DNA of 50,519 bases from NCBI GenBank assembly GCA_036171915.1, contig JAVHRY010000039.1, forward strand, positions 1 to 50,519, written 5' to 3'. Below the pieces are notes generated by a model. The model was not told the DNA's origin. It made no database searches and was given only the letters and a program-made list of their open reading frames with translations. Shown piece after piece: positions 28,997 through 38,410 of this stretch. The number at the start of each line of letters is the position of its first letter. Position 1 is the first letter of the stretch. Source of the stretch: Elusimicrobiales bacterium. GTDB taxonomy: Bacteria; Elusimicrobiota; Elusimicrobia; Elusimicrobiales; UBA9959. Made by a program: the position numbers and the translations under genes.

Positions 28997-29839
28997 TCAG
29001 CCTGTAATTTTTCTTTTCTCCTCGCGCAGTTTTTTAATGCCCTGTTCTATGTCACGCAGGTCCATGCCGGTGCGGCCGTAATGGGCGTGTTCAATGGGCG
29101 AATCGGGGCAGATGTAAGTGCCGCGCCTTACGCCTTTAGGGTCTTTTTTAAGGCCCAGCCAGATAAGCCAGGGTTTAAGGTCCGCAAAATCCCTGGCCAC
29201 CAGCTCGGGGTTGGAGCGCATGATAAGGCGCTCGTCGCCAAAACCGTCCAGCACGGCGGCCGAATGATACCCCGCTTCCTTGGCCGCTTCCACATCCCGA
29301 TGGGTATCCCCGATAACGAAGACGTCGCCCGGCCGGACCGGAGTTTTGATGATTTTAACCGCGCGCTCCACGGCCTTTTTCAGCACCTCGCTGCGGTGGC
29401 GGGAATCGCAGCCGTAGCCGCCGAAGGAAAAGTGTTTGACCAGCCCGGACGGCTCCAGCTTTATAAACGCCCCTTCCTTAAGATTGCCTGTGCCCAGCCC
29501 CACCAGCGCGTCCCTGCGCCCGGAAAGTTTCACCAGGAACTTTTCCACGCCCCTTACCTTGGAGTATTTCTTAGCCTTACAGGAGGCCTCTACTTCCAGA
29601 GGCAGGCGGGCTATGTATTTTTTCGTAAGCTCGCGCATTTCCCGGGCACCAGGCTTGCGGCCGGAGCCGGCCTTGAAAGCGCTCTCAAAATTGGTTTTAT
29701 CCGTGGCGCCCTGCAGCTGGAAAGAAGCGCAGGCGTCCGGGTGGCCGGTCATGGCATGCACCGCGTGGTTTAGGGCGCGGGCTCCGGCTCCCCCGGCCTT
29801 GACCAGGGTGCCGTCTATATCAAAAAGGATGATCTTCAT
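28997..29839 (-). CDS. HAD family hydrolase with C-terminal extension
   Basis: LFDIDGTL motif I, TGN motif II, VIGDTHRD motif IV. Confidence 0.85.
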   Translation of the reverse strand: MKIILFDIDGTLVKAGGAGARALNHAVHAMTGHPDACASFQLQGATDKTNFESAFKAGSGRKPGAREMRELTKKYIARLPLEVEASCKAKKYSKVRGVEKFLVKLSGRRDALVGLGTGNLKEGAFIKLEPSGLVKHFSFGGYGCDSRHRSEVLKKAVERAVKIIKTPVRPGDVFVIGDTHRDVEAAKEAGYHSAAVLDGFGDERLIMRSNPELVARDFADLKPWLIWLGLKKDPKGVRRGTYICPDSPIEHAHYGRTGMDLRDIEQGIKKLREEKRKITG

Positions 29840-31086
29840 TTAAGCCTGTAGACTATCTTCCCGTTCTTTACCGTCATCACGCACTGGTTAGCGCCGAAAT
29901 AGTAGCAGAGCTCGCGGTAATCGTCGGCCCCGTAGAAAGCCAGGTCGGCCCGCAGGCCCGGCACTACCGCGCCTGCCCTGTCGCCGATACCCAGCGCCCA
30001 GGCCCCGTTCACCGTGGCCGCGCAGAGGGCTTCCTCCGGGGTCATGGCGCAATGCGTGCAGGCGGCCGCCAGCACGAACTGCATGTTCCAGCACGGGCAG
30101 GTTCCGGGGTTGAAATCCGTGGCGAGCGCCACCGGCACGCCTTCCGAGATCAGTTCCCGCGCCGGCGGGTACTTGGCGAGGCCCAGGTAGAAGTTCGAGG
30201 CGGGCAACAGGGTGGCTATCATGCCGGCATCCCGCATGGCGGAAATATCCTCGGAGTAAACGTGGTCCGCGTGGTCTGCGCTGATGGCGCCCGCTGCTAT
30301 GGCCGCGCGGGTGCCGCCGTAGTTGGAAAGCTGTTCCGAATGCACCTTGGTCTTAAACCCAAGGCGGGCGGCCTCTTTAAGATAGGCTGTGGTCTGCTCC
30401 GGGGTAAAATAGCCCTTTTCACAGAAGATGTCGGCAAAAACCGCCAGTTTTTCGGCCGCGGCCCTGGGCAGTACCTCGGCCGTGACATAAGCCAGGTATT
30501 TGTCCGTATCGCCGTCGAACTCCGGCGGCACGCTGTGCGCGGCCAGCAGCGTGGGCAGCATTTCAAGCGGCGTAAGTTTTGCGGCCTCCCGCACGGCCCG
30601 CAGCATTTTAAGCTCTGACTCCAGGCTCAGGCCATAGCCGCTCTTTACCTCGGCGGTGGTGGTGCCGCATTCAATAAAGCGCCCCGCCCGCGCCGCGAGC
30701 TGCCCGGCCATGGCCCGCTGCGGCTGGCGCCGCACGGCGCCGACGCTGGAGATTATCCCCCCGCCGGCGGCCTTTATCTCCTGGTACGAGGCGCCGGCGG
30801 TGCGCATCGAGAAATCCTTAAGGCGCGGTTCGGCAAAGACGGCGTGCGTATGGCTGTCCACGAAACCAGGCAGGCAGACGCCGTTCACTTCTATTTTTTT
30901 CGCTTTAGCGGCCAGGCGGTTGCGCGCTATAGCCGCGCGCGGCCCGGCCGCCACTATAAGGCCGCCCTCCACCAGCACCGAAGCGTTCTTCACCAGGCCG
31001 ATCTCGCGCATGGCCCCGCCCGCGCGGGGAGCGGGCTCCCCGGCGAAGGTCAGGAGCTGCTTGATATTTGTGAACAGGATCGCCAT
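29836..31086 (-). CDS. hutI: Imidazolonepropionase
   Basis: PGFVDSHTHAVF, EVKSGYGL, DIFCEKGYF, HSEQL, ALATDFNPG. Confidence 0.95.
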   Translation of the reverse strand: MAILFTNIKQLLTFAGEPAPRAGGAMREIGLVKNASVLVEGGLIVAAGPRAAIARNRLAAKAKKIEVNGVCLPGFVDSHTHAVFAEPRLKDFSMRTAGASYQEIKAAGGGIISSVGAVRRQPQRAMAGQLAARAGRFIECGTTTAEVKSGYGLSLESELKMLRAVREAAKLTPLEMLPTLLAAHSVPPEFDGDTDKYLAYVTAEVLPRAAAEKLAVFADIFCEKGYFTPEQTTAYLKEAARLGFKTKVHSEQLSNYGGTRAAIAAGAISADHADHVYSEDISAMRDAGMIATLLPASNFYLGLAKYPPARELISEGVPVALATDFNPGTCPCWNMQFVLAAACTHCAMTPEEALCAATVNGAWALGIGDRAGAVVPGLRADLAFYGADDYRELCYYFGANQCVMTVKNGKIVYRLK

Positions 31087-31142
31087 ATTTATAAAGCGCC
31101 GGGCTCCGACCGTTCCATATTTTCTTCGATCCGCTTCATTCT

Positions 31143-31640
31143 CTACCTGAAGTTGTCGAACTGCAAAGCTACGCCGAAGTCACCGCCGCGAAGCAGGGTC
31201 ATTACGTTCTGCAGCTCGTCCTTGGATTTGGAGCTGACGCGCAGCGTATCGCCCTGTATGGAGACGTTGGCCTTAAGCTTCTGCTCCTTAATGGCCTTCA
31301 CTATCTCCTTGGCTTTTTCAATCGGAATGCCCTGCTGCACTTTCACGGTCTGCTTGGCCGTTCCGCCCAGCGCGCTGTCGATCTTCTGCGGCTGAAAGTT
31401 CTTAAGCGGCAGGCCGCGCTTGGACAGCTTGGTAAGCAACACGTCGTAAAGAGCTTTCACCTTGTAGTCGTCGCAGGAGGACAGCATTATGGCATTGGCC
31501 TTTTTATCGAAGTTTATTTCCGAGTTGGACCCCTTGAAGTCGTAACGGTTCACCACTTCCTTCAGGGCGATGGATATCCCCTCGTCCACCAGGTTATAGT
31601 CCACTTTAGAAACCACGTCAAAACTGAAATCAGAAGCCAT
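31143..31640 (-). CDS. yajQ: YajQ family nucleotide/c-di-GMP-binding protein
   Basis: SFDVVSKVD, NRYDFKGS, QGIP..KAKEIVKAIK, IQGDTLRVSSKSKDELQ, LQFDNFR. Confidence 0.95.
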   Translation of the reverse strand: MASDFSFDVVSKVDYNLVDEGISIALKEVVNRYDFKGSNSEINFDKKANAIMLSSCDDYKVKALYDVLLTKLSKRGLPLKNFQPQKIDSALGGTAKQTVKVQQGIPIEKAKEIVKAIKEQKLKANVSIQGDTLRVSSKSKDELQNVMTLLRGGDFGVALQFDNFR

Positions 31641-31656
31641 ATATATCCTCCATAAT

Positions 31657-33309
31657 TTATTTAAGCATCGGTACTTTTACGCCTGTCTTTTTGGCGAAAT
31701 CTCTAGCTATTTTGTAGCCGGCGTCCGCGTGGCGCAGCACGCCCATGGCAGGGTCGTTGGTGAGCACGCGCTCCAGGCGCAGCGCCATCTCTTTGGTGCC
31801 GTCGGCCACGGTCACTTGGCCAGCGTGCAGGGAATAGCCCATGCCCACCCCGCCGCCGTGGTGAAAAGAGACCCAACTGGCGCCGGAGGCCGTGTTGATC
31901 AGCGCGTTAAGGATAGGCCAGTCGGCTATGGCGTCGGAACCGTCCTTCATGGCCTCGGTCTCGCGGAAAGGGCTCGCCACGGAACCCGAGTCCAGGTGGT
32001 CGCGGCCGATCACGATAGGCGCGGAGATCTTCCCCTTCTTCACCAGGTCGTTGATGCGCATGCCCATGACATGCCGCTCGCCGTAACCCAGCCAGCAGAT
32101 GCGGGACGGCAGGCCCTGGAACTTGACTTTTTTAGTGGCCATATCCATCCAGCGCCTGAGATGCGCGTCCTTGGGGAACAGGTCCAGCACCAGTTTGTCG
32201 GTAACGGCGATGTCTTTAGGGTCGCCGGAAAGCGCGGCCCAGCGGAAAGGCCCTTTGCCTTCGCAGAAAAGATCGCGGATGTAGGCGGGCACAAAGCCCG
32301 GGAAGTCATAAGCTTTTTTCACGCCCTGCTTGAAGGCCATGGTGCGGATATTGTTGCCGTAGTCGAAGGTAACAGCGCCGGCTTTCTGAAGTTTAAGCAT
32401 AGCCTCGACGTGTATGGCAATGGACTCCATGGAAAGCTTTAGATATTTCTTCGGGTCCCTGCGGCGCAGTTCTTCGGCGGCTTTTACGCTGTACCCCTTC
32501 GGGATATAGCCTTTCAGCGGGTCGTGGGCCGAAGTTTGGTCGGTCAGCACGTCTATCTTCACGCCGCGGCGGGCCATATCGGGCAGCACCTCGGCGCAAT
32601 TGCCGAGCAGGCCTATGGAAAGGGGTTCCTTTGCCTTCACCGCTTTTTCGGCCATGACCAGAGCCTCGTCGAGGGACCTCGCCATCGTATCCACGTAAGC
32701 CGTAGCCAGGCGCTTCTGTATGCGGGTTTCGTCGGCTTCTATAACTATAGCCACGCCGCCGTTCATGGTTACGGCCAGAGGCTGCGCGCCGCCCATGCCG
32801 CCCAGGCCCCCGGTAACCACAAGTTTGCCGGCAAGATCGCTCTTGAAATGTTTGCGGGCGCAGGCGGAGAAAGTTTCGTAAGTGCCCTGCAATATGCCCT
32901 GGGTGCCTATATAGATCCAGGAGCCGGCCGTCATCTGCCCGTACATCATAAGGCCTTTCTTTTCCAGCTCGTCAAAAGTTTCCCAGTTGGCCCAGTTGCC
33001 TACCAGGTTGGAGTTGGCTATTATAACGCGGGGACAATGTTCGTACGTGCGCAGCACGCCTACGGGCTTGCCCGACTGAACAAGCAGGGTTTCATCGTTC
33101 TCCAATTTGCGCAGAGAGGAAACTATGGCGTGGTAGCAGTCCCAGTTGCGGGCGGCTTTGCCGCGCCCGCCGTAAATTATCAGGTCTTCCGGGCGCTCGG
33201 CCACCTCGGGGTCCAGGTTGTTCATCAGCATGCGCATGGCCGCTTCCTGCTGCCAGCCCTTGCACGTAATTTTATTGCCGCGCGGCGCCCTGATCTCTTT
33301 ATAGCTCAT
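31657..33309 (-). CDS. hutU: Urocanate hydratase
   Basis: [58 protein letters not shown]. Confidence 0.97.
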   Translation of the reverse strand: MSYKEIRAPRGNKITCKGWQQEAAMRMLMNNLDPEVAERPEDLIIYGGRGKAARNWDCYHAIVSSLRKLENDETLLVQSGKPVGVLRTYEHCPRVIIANSNLVGNWANWETFDELEKKGLMMYGQMTAGSWIYIGTQGILQGTYETFSACARKHFKSDLAGKLVVTGGLGGMGGAQPLAVTMNGGVAIVIEADETRIQKRLATAYVDTMARSLDEALVMAEKAVKAKEPLSIGLLGNCAEVLPDMARRGVKIDVLTDQTSAHDPLKGYIPKGYSVKAAEELRRRDPKKYLKLSMESIAIHVEAMLKLQKAGAVTFDYGNNIRTMAFKQGVKKAYDFPGFVPAYIRDLFCEGKGPFRWAALSGDPKDIAVTDKLVLDLFPKDAHLRRWMDMATKKVKFQGLPSRICWLGYGERHVMGMRINDLVKKGKISAPIVIGRDHLDSGSVASPFRETEAMKDGSDAIADWPILNALINTASGASWVSFHHGGGVGMGYSLHAGQVTVADGTKEMALRLERVLTNDPAMGVLRHADAGYKIARDFAKKTGVKVPMLK

Positions 33310-33354
33310 TTTAAATTTCCTCCAGAAATACCCAGCCGCTCCTCAATTCGCGTG

Positions 33355-34875
33355 TCAATCCACGAAGTAGCCGCTTAAGATCGCGTCGGCCACCGCTTCT
33401 ATGCGGCCGGAGAAAACCTCGTCCCCCTTGAAGGCCGGCGAGATCTTGCGCAGTTTAGCCAGTACCGCCTCCAGCCTGGCGCTGGATCTGAGCGGGCGAT
33501 GGAATTCAATACCCTCGGCGGCGGCCATCATTTCGATGGCGTAGATGCGCGCGACGTTCGTTACCACGGTTTTCAGTTTGAGCGCCGCGTTCATCCCCAT
33601 GCTGACAAAATCCTCTTTGTTGGCGGAGGTGGAGATGGAATCGGCGCTGGCAGGGTGGCTAAGGATCTTGTTCTCGTTGCAGAGCGCGGCGGCCGTAACG
33701 TGCGCTATCATAAAACCGGACTCAAGGCCGGGGTTCCGGGCCAGGAAGGGCGGCAGGATCTTGAAGTCGCTCACCAGCTGCGCTATGCGCCGCTCGGAAA
33801 TATTGCCGAGCGCCGTTATCGCTATGGCCGCGAAATCAGAGGCGAAAGAGACCGCCTGGCCGTGAAAATTCCCTCCGGACAGCACCTCTATTTCCCAGCG
33901 CTTTTTCCCTTCCACCACCAGCGGGTTGTCGGTAACGCTGCCGAACTCCGTCTCAAAGACCCCGAGCGCGTACTCTATGGCGTCGCGCGAAGCGCCCATG
34001 GCCTGCGGCATGCAGCGCAGCGAATAGGGGTCCTGCACGCGCTTGTCGTTGGCTGAGTGAGAGGCGCGTATTTTGCTGCCCTTCAGGAGAGCTTCAAGCA
34101 TCCGGGCGACCCCGACCTGGCCCGGGTGGGGTTTGAGCGCGTGTATGCGCGGGTCAAAAGCCACCGGGGTGCCTTTAAGCGCCTCAAGGCTCATGGCCCC
34201 GGTCAGCACGGCGGAGTAAAAAAGGTTCATGGCGGCAAAGAGGGAAAGCCCCCCTACGGACTTCATGGCCTGGGTGCCGTTTATCAGGGCCAGCCCCTCT
34301 TTTTCTGCCAACTCAACAGGTTTTATGCCGGCTCGCTTAAGCACCGCGGCCGCCGGGCTCCAGTCGCGCTCGCCCGCGAACCTGGCCATGCCTTCCCCGA
34401 TAAGCACCAGCGCCATGTGCGCTGACGGCGCAAGGTCGCCGCTGGCGCCGACGGACCCCTTGGAAGGGATAAAAGGGATAACGCCTTTATTTACCAGTTC
34501 GGACAGCCGCCTGACAAGCACCGGGCGCACGCCGGAATTCCCCATGGCAAGCTCGTTAACCCGGGCGAACATCAGCCCGCGGGCCTCGGCGTCGTCAAGC
34601 GGGGCGCCTACCCCGCAGGCGTGGCTGCGGATAAGGTTAACCTGCAGGCTCTTAAGGCTTTCGCGCGAGACGCGCTGGCTGGCCAGCTCGCCGAAGCCGG
34701 TGTTTATGCCGTACATCACTCCGTCCTCCGCGAGCAGGGCTTCAAGGCCGGAGCGGCGGGCTTCTATAAGTTTCAGGGCTTTCGGCGGAATGGCCACCTT
34801 GCGGTAGCCGTAGGCGACTTCGGCAAAATCCACGATATCCGGCACGGACCCCAGCATGAACGGCTTGTTGCTCAT
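33355..34875 (-). CDS. hutH: Histidine ammonia-lyase
   Basis: YGINTGFG, GSVGASGDLAP (MIO Ala-Ser-Gly), QDPYSLRC, SGGNFH, EDFVSMG; next to hutU. Confidence 0.95.
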   Translation of the reverse strand: MSNKPFMLGSVPDIVDFAEVAYGYRKVAIPPKALKLIEARRSGLEALLAEDGVMYGINTGFGELASQRVSRESLKSLQVNLIRSHACGVGAPLDDAEARGLMFARVNELAMGNSGVRPVLVRRLSELVNKGVIPFIPSKGSVGASGDLAPSAHMALVLIGEGMARFAGERDWSPAAAVLKRAGIKPVELAEKEGLALINGTQAMKSVGGLSLFAAMNLFYSAVLTGAMSLEALKGTPVAFDPRIHALKPHPGQVGVARMLEALLKGSKIRASHSANDKRVQDPYSLRCMPQAMGASRDAIEYALGVFETEFGSVTDNPLVVEGKKRWEIEVLSGGNFHGQAVSFASDFAAIAITALGNISERRIAQLVSDFKILPPFLARNPGLESGFMIAHVTAAALCNENKILSHPASADSISTSANKEDFVSMGMNAALKLKTVVTNVARIYAIEMMAAAEGIEFHRPLRSSARLEAVLAKLRKISPAFKGDEVFSGRIEAVADAILSGYFVD

Positions 34876-35462
34876 ATTTTTCCTCCGCTTTTTTTTATCA
34901 GGTCGGCCACGGTTACGGCGCCGCCCTCTTTAAGGATACTTACAAAATACTCAAAGATCTTGCGCGTCATCTCCACGTCGCTAAGCGCGCGGTGCCAGCC
35001 CTCGCTGGAGATATTCAATTCGGCGGCTATGCTGCCCAGCCGGTTGCTTTTGAACTTCCAGTTTTTCCGGGCGAGCAGGAGCGTATCAAGCACGGGCCGC
35101 CGCGGGAATTTAAGCCCGACGCGCTCGAATTCCATGGACAGGAAAGCCAGGTCGAATTCGGCGTTGTGCGCCACTACCACGGAATTTTCCAGCAGGGCCA
35201 GCAGCCCCGGGACCACGCCGCCGAAAGAGGGGCTGCTTTTGACCATGTCGTCGGTAATGCCGTGTATTTTCGAGACCTCGGGCGGGATGGGCCCGCCGGG
35301 ATTAACCAGCTCCGCCAGTTTACCCAGGCGCTCGGCCCCGCGGAAACTTATGGCGGCCACCTCGCAGACCCGCGTGGTCCTGGGAGAAAGCCCGGTGGTC
35401 TCCACGTCTATAAAGGTAAAAACCGCTTCTTCAATGCGGGATTGCCCGATGTTGCCGTTCAT
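34872..35462 (-). CDS. DEDDh 3'-5' exonuclease (DnaQ/epsilon-like)
   Basis: FIDVETTG, HNAEFD, HRALSD; start ATG 35462 with AGGAG RBS; stop overlaps the hutH start (ATGA). Confidence 0.88.
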   Translation of the reverse strand: MNGNIGQSRIEEAVFTFIDVETTGLSPRTTRVCEVAAISFRGAERLGKLAELVNPGGPIPPEVSKIHGITDDMVKSSPSFGGVVPGLLALLENSVVVAHNAEFDLAFLSMEFERVGLKFPRRPVLDTLLLARKNWKFKSNRLGSIAAELNISSEGWHRALSDVEMTRKIFEYFVSILKEGGAVTVADLIKKSGGKI

Positions 35463-35473
35463 GCCTGTAACTC

Positions 35474-36187
35474 CTAAAAATAACCGTAGTAAATATACCT
35501 TGTCCACAGGCCCAGGCCCGCCGTTACGGCGAGGCTCAGTCCCACGTTAAGCGCAGACAGATCGATAATGCGCTTACGCTTCACATACAAGATCTGGAAC
35601 ACCCAGGCCAGCGCGAAAGGGACCCACCAGCGGCCCGCCACAAAAAAGAAAGCCCACAGGACCAGGCGCTCAAAGATCAGAAAATATTTCTCGTCGAAGC
35701 GCGGAAATTCCTTGCAAAAAAGATCTTTTTCCACGAAGTAGATGAGCACCGTGGTGAAATGAGTGACCAGCACAAGCATAACGGCTAGCCCCGTCCATTT
35801 TTCCGACATTATAGAAGTACTGTCGGGCACGACCACGGGGGAGATCATGAACAGCACATAAAAATGCAGGAACTGGTCCACCAGGAAACTCACCGTGCCG
35901 TCCCGGTAGCCCATCCCCTTCATGCTGTAGAGGCGCAGCTCATCCACGATAAAGTGCAGCGCGAACATCAGCGAAAGCGCCCACCAGCCGTTGACGGGGA
36001 ACTGCCCTATTTTAACCCAGGTATGGGAGAGATACGGCCACACCAGCGCCACGGACACTATAAAGTGCGTAATGCAGTGCAGCAGCATGCCCCACACATA
36101 CTGGCGCTTAAGCCTGTTCACGATATTAAACTGCAGCGTGAAGTCAGCGAGCAGGTGCGAGAGTAAAAGGCGCCAGAATATTATCAT
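35474..36187 (-). CDS. DUF3307-like integral membrane protein
   Basis: LLSHLLADFTLQ, LLHC..H, HFIVD, VDQFLH His/Asp motifs in TM helices. Confidence 0.75.
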   Translation of the reverse strand: MIIFWRLLLSHLLADFTLQFNIVNRLKRQYVWGMLLHCITHFIVSVALVWPYLSHTWVKIGQFPVNGWWALSLMFALHFIVDELRLYSMKGMGYRDGTVSFLVDQFLHFYVLFMISPVVVPDSTSIMSEKWTGLAVMLVLVTHFTTVLIYFVEKDLFCKEFPRFDEKYFLIFERLVLWAFFFVAGRWWVPFALAWVFQILYVKRKRIIDLSALNVGLSLAVTAGLGLWTRYIYYGYF

Positions 36188-36188
36188 G

Positions 36189-38366
36189 CTATTTCGAGGT
36201 CAGGTTGAATGCCCCGTCCCAGTCCTTAGGCCGCTCATGCGCATATTGCTCCGACAGTTCAAAATAGAACCTGGAGGGCCCGTCCCCAGGCCTAGCCGCG
36301 AGCGCGGCCTTGAAGTCTTTGGCGGACTCGGCATATTTACCGGCGTAGAAGTTGGCGATACCGGCCCCGTAAAGCTGCAGCATTTTAGCGATCTCGGGCG
36401 ACGCCCCGCCTTTGCGGGCGAAAGGCTCATAGACCTTTACCGGGATAGCCTTGCCTACCACCCTGATCTGGCCCAGGTAGCGGGCGTCCAGCAGGTCTTT
36501 AGCCTCGTCGAACACGAACTCGCTGGCCATGATGCGCGAATGGAAGAACTTGTTAGCCCCCTCCAGCCGCGAAGCGAGGTTAACCGAGTCGCCGATAGCG
36601 GTGTAGGAAAAACGGTTTTTAGAACCCATGTTCCCCACGGTCATAGGCCCGGCGTTGAGGCCGACGCGGAAGGTGGGCTGTATGGTCTTGTCCTTCGCCT
36701 CGGCGTTAAGCCTGTCGTTGACCGCCACGCATTCCACGGCGGCAAGCAGGGCGCTGGTACGGTGATTCTTCAGTTCCAGGGGCGCGTTCCAGAAAGACAT
36801 TATACAGTCGCCCATAAACTTATCGACCACGCCGTCGTGCCGCAGTATAACGTCGGTGAGGCCGGAGAGGTAGGTGTTCAGCATGGCGGTAAGCTGTTCC
36901 GGGGTGAGCTTTTCCGATATGGTGGTAAAACCGGCGATATCGCAGAACATGGCCGTCATGTCGCGCTTTTCCCCGCCCAGCGAAAGCTTGGACGGGTCCT
37001 TGGTTATGATCTCCACGACCTTGGGCGACAGGTACTGCCCGAAGGTATTCTTTATCCACTTCTTCTCCCTGCCTTCGGCAAGCCCTTTATCGGCGGTTAT
37101 GTAGGCGAAGGGCAGGAAGAGCGCCAGGAAGATGGAGCCGAACGGCATAAGGATACAGTTCGAGATCAACACGACATCGGAGATGACCATGAAGCCAAGA
37201 ACCGAGCAAGACACCAAGATAAGCGTTTTAAGAGAATACCGGCGCAGGAAAACCGGGAGCCAGGGGAGCAGCAGGATAAGCAAAGTAGAGTACACCACCG
37301 AAAGCGGCCTGCGGAAATCCCCGGCCAAACGGTTATCCAGGAACGTAGCGTGCACCTCTACCCCGGGGAACTGCTTCATGAACGGGCTCGGCATATGGTC
37401 AAACGCGCCAACAGCCGTAGACCCGATGAATGTTATGCCGCCTTTCAGCGCCTCTTTCTCCTCGGCACTGAGCCGGTCCGAGAGGATGTCCGCCACCGAA
37501 ATATGCCTGAAACTGGAAACCTTTATATTTTCCTTGTTCGTGTCCCAGCCGGGGTGCAGTTTACGAAAGGTATAATAGCGGTAATTAAGCGTTTGCTCCG
37601 CATTTTCATTCAAAAAAAGATTAAGTATAGGTTTCTCCGCATAAACGGCATAGGCGGCCATCCCTATCGAAGGGACCGCGCTGCCTTCGCATTCTTTACC
37701 GCACTTGAGATCCTTTAAGCCGGCTGAAGCGTAAGTCAGCCACTTGTCGACATAACCGTCCAGGTCGGTGTCTGTTCCGTAGAAGGGCATATACCGCCTT
37801 ATCTGCCCGTCATCGTCCATTGTTTTCTCAACATGCGGCTGGGCGATAAGAACGCTGGCTTTAGACAACCCCTTTAACGGCAGCTTTACCAGCCCCGTAT
37901 CCGCGTCCACATGCAGCAGGTTGATAACGTTGCCTGCGCGGGCCACGGCCTCTACATACTTCCGGTCGTTTTCCGGATTGTCCCTGTCCGGCTCGGACAG
38001 CATGATATCGACCACTATGCCTTTCACGCCAAGTTTGGTCAGCTTATCCACGACTTCCCCGTAGTAGCGCCTTTTGATCGGCCAGCCGTAACGTTCCAGG
38101 GTAAGTTCATCCAGCGCGGTAATAGTGATCTTCGGGTTGGCGGGCTTGTTAATGTACTTACCGAAAAAGAAAGTGGGAGAAACCTCGCTTTGAGTAATAT
38201 CGAACAAGGAAAGCATAGCCGGCAGATTGACTATGAAATGGTCCCAGCTGTAATCTATCGGCCTGGTGACGGGAAAGACCAAAGAAAACAAAAGCCATAT
38301 CAGCGAAAAAACCGCGGTACCGATATAGAACTTTTTATTGCCGGAAGTTTTATTTTTTTGTTCCAT
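36189..38366 (-). CDS. CHASE2-domain class III adenylate cyclase
   Basis: CHASE2 motifs (YGWPIKR, VVDIMLSEPD, DDDGQIRR, PGVEVHA), TM helices, FCDIAGFT, DKFMGD, YTAIGDSVNLASRLE, TPR-like tail; start taken at ATG 38366. Confidence 0.9.
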   Translation of the reverse strand: MEQKNKTSGNKKFYIGTAVFSLIWLLFSLVFPVTRPIDYSWDHFIVNLPAMLSLFDITQSEVSPTFFFGKYINKPANPKITITALDELTLERYGWPIKRRYYGEVVDKLTKLGVKGIVVDIMLSEPDRDNPENDRKYVEAVARAGNVINLLHVDADTGLVKLPLKGLSKASVLIAQPHVEKTMDDDGQIRRYMPFYGTDTDLDGYVDKWLTYASAGLKDLKCGKECEGSAVPSIGMAAYAVYAEKPILNLFLNENAEQTLNYRYYTFRKLHPGWDTNKENIKVSSFRHISVADILSDRLSAEEKEALKGGITFIGSTAVGAFDHMPSPFMKQFPGVEVHATFLDNRLAGDFRRPLSVVYSTLLILLLPWLPVFLRRYSLKTLILVSCSVLGFMVISDVVLISNCILMPFGSIFLALFLPFAYITADKGLAEGREKKWIKNTFGQYLSPKVVEIITKDPSKLSLGGEKRDMTAMFCDIAGFTTISEKLTPEQLTAMLNTYLSGLTDVILRHDGVVDKFMGDCIMSFWNAPLELKNHRTSALLAAVECVAVNDRLNAEAKDKTIQPTFRVGLNAGPMTVGNMGSKNRFSYTAIGDSVNLASRLEGANKFFHSRIMASEFVFDEAKDLLDARYLGQIRVVGKAIPVKVYEPFARKGGASPEIAKMLQLYGAGIANFYAGKYAESAKDFKAALAARPGDGPSRFYFELSEQYAHERPKDWDGAFNLTSK

Positions 38367-38410
38367 CTTAATGTTCCCTGTCCGCGCCCCTCTAGCACGC
38401 CGGACCCCGC

